From an uncultured archaeon (GTDB taxonomy: Archaea > Asgardarchaeota > Lokiarchaeia > Sigyniarchaeales > SOKP01): a stretch of DNA of 11,067 nt. Within the stretch, counting starts at the first letter, position 1; each line of letters begins with the position of its first letter. The stretch covers positions 1 to 11,067 of the forward strand of contig CAZOYD010000091.1 of the NCBI GenBank assembly GCA_964583985.1, in the 5' to 3' direction. The translations under genes were made by a program, and so were the position numbers. Below, piece after piece: positions 8,607 through 11,067 of this stretch. The notes below the pieces were generated by a model. That model saw only the letters and a list, made by a program, of their open reading frames with translations, did not search any database and was not told the DNA's origin.

Positions 8607-9152
8607 TCACTCTCCAACCTTCTTTAATGCGATTATTGGTCTCACCTTGTAAATTTTTCTATTTGCTAAGAGTATTGCGATAATTTGGACTGCAAGAAAA
8701 GGAATGAATGTAAATATGACTGGAATTAAATCTATCAATACAAGCGGTATTCCAGTCAATAGATTTGCAGATTGAAGGTATCCCACTCCTGCGGTATAAT
8801 GAAACAGGACTTCAATGACGATGAGAAATCCCAAGAATGTTGTGAAAAATATTTTTCCAGTGACTAGTGAGTTGATATCTGCATTTGTATAGCCGATACA
8901 TTTTAACGTTGCCCAGGTTCTTCGATTTCTTGCAACGATTATCCAAGCATACAGCAACGAAAGAAGTAAGCTAACACCGAAAAAGATCAGAACAAAAAAT
9001 CCTGCCATTCCTGCAAGTTCTCCTGTAAATGCTAATTGCATGAAAAGACTTGTAAGAAATATCAATGAGGTGTAAATAAGTATGAATACTGTAAATATTT
9101 TTTTTTCACGTAAAGTCATTAATATAGCCTTCTTCCAAAGCCTAAAAGCCAT
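8607..9152 (-). CDS. FtsX/MacB-like (type VII) ABC permease, 4 TM, no large extracellular domain
   Basis: Coupling-helix-like segment RNRRTWATLKCIGYTNADI and C-terminal KVRPIIALKK resemble the family patterns RxREigilKalG and P.eALr. It is adjacent to the ATPase. GGTGA 5 nt before ATG 9152 favours that start over TTG 9164. Confidence 0.82.
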   Translation of the reverse strand: MAFRLWKKAILMTLREKKIFTVFILIYTSLIFLTSLFMQLAFTGELAGMAGFFVLIFFGVSLLLSLLYAWIIVARNRRTWATLKCIGYTNADINSLVTGKIFFTTFLGFLIVIEVLFHYTAGVGYLQSANLLTGIPLVLIDLIPVIFTFIPFLAVQIIAILLANRKIYKVRPIIALKKVGE

Positions 9153-9250
9153 TTGTTTCACCAATTTTTATAAATTTTTTTTTTTTGAAAAAAAGTGTCT
9201 ATAAACTAATTATATTAATTTATATTGTTAAATTTAACCTAAATTCAGAA

Positions 9251-9292
9251 ATCGATTTTATGAGTAGATTTAAATTATACTTATTGTATAAA
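9251..9292 (+). repeat. 42-bp inverted repeat, copy 2 (candidate profilin promoter/operator)
   Basis: ATCGATTTTATGAGTAGATTTAAATTATACTTATTGTATAAA contains TATA-like TTTAAATT (9269-9276) and the palindrome TTATAC-N5-GTATAA (9275-9291). It ends 19 nt before the profilin ATG. Confidence 0.95.
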
Positions 9293-9311
9293 ATTTTTAG
9301 AATAAAACAAA

Positions 9312-9725
9312 ATGAATAAAATGACAGCGGAAATAGAAGCAGTTATTGATGATCTGTTAAATGAAGAGCAAAACATTTTTGGCGTAGCGATAGTTAGCCA
9401 GTCCGGAAATTTAATAACACAAACAGAAAACTGGGATATCTCTGGTGATTTAAGCTCAATTAATAAATTACTTCAAACTAAATTAGAATTAGGACAAAAA
9501 GGAATGTCCAGCATAACAATTCAAGGCATTAAGTATATGCTTGTGGAAAATACCGAAGAAAGAAAAATTGGAACAAACATTACAGGTCAAGGACATGTCA
9601 TCATAGCACCAGTTCCAATTGGGGGGAATGGAGCGCTTATTTGCTATATCAATCCCCAAGTAGGACCAAGAGATGCCTTGTTCACGATCCAAACTTATGC
9701 ACTCCGTTTATCTAAGTTAATTTAA
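9312..9725 (+). CDS. Asgard (Loki-type) profilin, actin-monomer-binding protein
   Basis: 137 aa. I recognise close similarity to characterised Lokiarchaeota profilins in IDDLLN, ITQTENW, IQGIKYMxVENTEERKIGTNITGxGHV, PIGGxGALIxYxNPxxGPRD. The start could be 9312 or 9321. Confidence 0.9.
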   Translation: MNKMTAEIEAVIDDLLNEEQNIFGVAIVSQSGNLITQTENWDISGDLSSINKLLQTKLELGQKGMSSITIQGIKYMLVENTEERKIGTNITGQGHVIIAPVPIGGNGALICYINPQVGPRDALFTIQTYALRLSKLI

Positions 9726-9728
9726 CAC

Positions 9729-9740
9729 TTTTTTTATTTC
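9729..9740 (+). terminator. Oligo-T terminator of profilin
   Basis: A T run begins 3 nt after the TAA stop, in the convergent intergenic gap. Confidence 0.5.
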
Positions 9741-9763
9741 TAATCTAAAAGTTGAACTTAAGG

Positions 9764-10864
9764 TCATAGATTATTCCAGTAGGGAACTAAAAGCTTAAGC
9801 AATGCATTTTTGATCTTATCGACTTCATTACTTGCTAAATTTTGAAGGGTGATATTTTCAAATTCAGGGGGACTATATGTCTCATTTAATAGCGCTTTAA
9901 GTATAGCCAACACGCAATATTTTAGACCAATAATGCTGTAACCTCCTTCTAAAATAAAAGCTAATCTTCCCTCGCAAATTTCTTCACTCAAATTCAACAT
10001 GTTTTTAGCAAATTGATGGTATGCTGCACTAGTTAATTGGCAATTTCCAATAGGATCTGCAAAGTACATGTCAAAACCGGTAGCTACGATAATAATGCTT
10101 GGTCGAAATTCCCGTAAAATGGGCTTAATGAGATCAAAGATCTTCAAAAAATCGTGATTTATAATCCCCGGGGGAACGGGAAAATTAATGTTCTTTCCTA
10201 ATCCTTCACTTGAACCTAATTCATCCATCATGCCCACATCTCCCATTTCAAAATCATATTCGTGGATTGAGAAATATAATACGTTAGGATCTTCATAGAA
10301 ATATCTTGCTACACCATCTCCAAAATGATCATCGATATCAAAAATGGCAATTTTTTCTTGATAATTCATGTATTCTCTCACATAATAAATCGCGTTTGCT
10401 ATATTATTAAAAATACAGAGACCAGATGCCTTTTCTCTAATGGCATGATGGCCTGGAGGGCGAATTAACGCAAAAGATTGATTGATCTCGCCACTAATAA
10501 TTGATAATATCGCTTGAATAGCACCTCCAACTGCCATTTTTGCAACCTTGAATGTATCCTCGGTCACAAAGACTTCATCCTCTAATAATCCCCCTCCAAG
10601 AGACGAAATTCTTTTAATAGAATCAACATGATAACGTGAATGTGCTAAATACAAGACTGATTCTCCTATTTCCAAAGGTTTTAACTTTATAACTCGTTTA
10701 TTTTCAAAAATCTTCTGATTTTTTAAAAACGTAATAATGTGTGAAATTCTAGATGGATTTTCAAATGAAATAAAACTTGGTTTAGGATAGGGAGGGTCAT
10801 GCATTATTCCAAAAGCATCATCTGTCACTATTCCCAATTTGAATTCATGTTTCATGATATTCAT
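9764..10864 (-). CDS. Zn-dependent histone deacetylase family protein (HDAC/AcuC/AphA)
   Basis: ENPSRI, RPPGHHA (His pair), GLCIFNN, DIDDHFGDG and GFD (Zn ligands), NINFP, LEGGY (catalytic Tyr). Confidence 0.95.
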   Translation of the reverse strand: MNIMKHEFKLGIVTDDAFGIMHDPPYPKPSFISFENPSRISHIITFLKNQKIFENKRVIKLKPLEIGESVLYLAHSRYHVDSIKRISSLGGGLLEDEVFVTEDTFKVAKMAVGGAIQAILSIISGEINQSFALIRPPGHHAIREKASGLCIFNNIANAIYYVREYMNYQEKIAIFDIDDHFGDGVARYFYEDPNVLYFSIHEYDFEMGDVGMMDELGSSEGLGKNINFPVPPGIINHDFLKIFDLIKPILREFRPSIIIVATGFDMYFADPIGNCQLTSAAYHQFAKNMLNLSEEICEGRLAFILEGGYSIIGLKYCVLAILKALLNETYSPPEFENITLQNLASNEVDKIKNALLKLLVPYWNNL

Positions 10865-10960
10865 TCTTAACTAATATAATAATACCTAAACTAATATATT
10901 TAAAATTGCTAAATACATCTTAAAAATATAAGGTATTTTTAAACATAATAGGTAATCATT

Positions 10961-11067
10961 TTGAGTGCAATAGAAATTTTTCTGACGATTTTATACAATA
11001 TTCTTCCAATTATCATTCTTTCAATCCCTTACTTTTTCCTCAAGAAAAGATTCATTGGAAAATTATA
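10961..11067 (+). CDS. 5' end of a probable membrane protein (not in the ORF track)
   Basis: SD-like AGGTAA 5 nt before TTG at 10961. The frame is open to the window end: MSAIEIFLTILYNILPIIILSIPYFFLKKRFIGKL, a hydrophobic helix followed by KKR. Confidence 0.6.
   Translation, partial: MSAIEIFLTILYNILPIIILSIPYFFLKKRFIGKL

Noticed and set aside
9098-9106. A9 run (minus strand) in the permease coding sequence
   Set aside because: In frame (EKKI), and such runs are common in AT-rich genomes. No evidence of slippage.
7774-9292. Reading the 42-bp repeats as terminal inverted repeats of an IS or transposon
   Set aside because: No transposase, no flanking target-site duplication, and the cargo is an ABC pair with host-like composition. 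Kept instead as an inversion or promoter hypothesis.
3777-9692. Short ORFs 3777-4001, 4685-4900, 6323-6532, 7219-7410, 8372-8683, 8467-8652, 9489-9692
   Set aside because: All lie inside or across better supported genes in another frame or strand.
10920-10942. Inverted repeat TTAAAAATA-N5-TATTTTTAA between divergent genes
   Set aside because: AT-only 9-bp arms in a very AT-rich spacer could easily arise by chance.

Overview
AT-rich archaeal DNA, very probably from a Lokiarchaeia (Asgard) genome, because it encodes a Loki-type profilin and a Rab-like small GTPase with no prenylation tail. Gene order: partial small GTPase (+); winged-HTH protein (-); long-chain acyl-CoA ligase (-); five co-oriented minus-strand envelope genes (684-aa membrane-anchored surface glycoprotein, polytopic membrane protein, Gly-rich membrane protein with zinc ribbon, LolD/MacB-type ABC ATPase, minimal FtsX/MacB-type permease); profilin (+); Zn-dependent deacetylase (-); start of a membrane protein (+). 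The most striking signal the ORF track does not explain is a perfect 42-bp non-coding element in two inverted copies (7774-7815 and 9251-9292). The copies bracket the ABC transporter pair and sit in promoter position for profilin and for the zinc-ribbon membrane gene. This is either a shared promoter/operator linking an actin regulator to an envelope module, or the ends of an invertible segment. A second signal is that up to three genes appear to start at ATT/ATA codons downstream of SD-like motifs.
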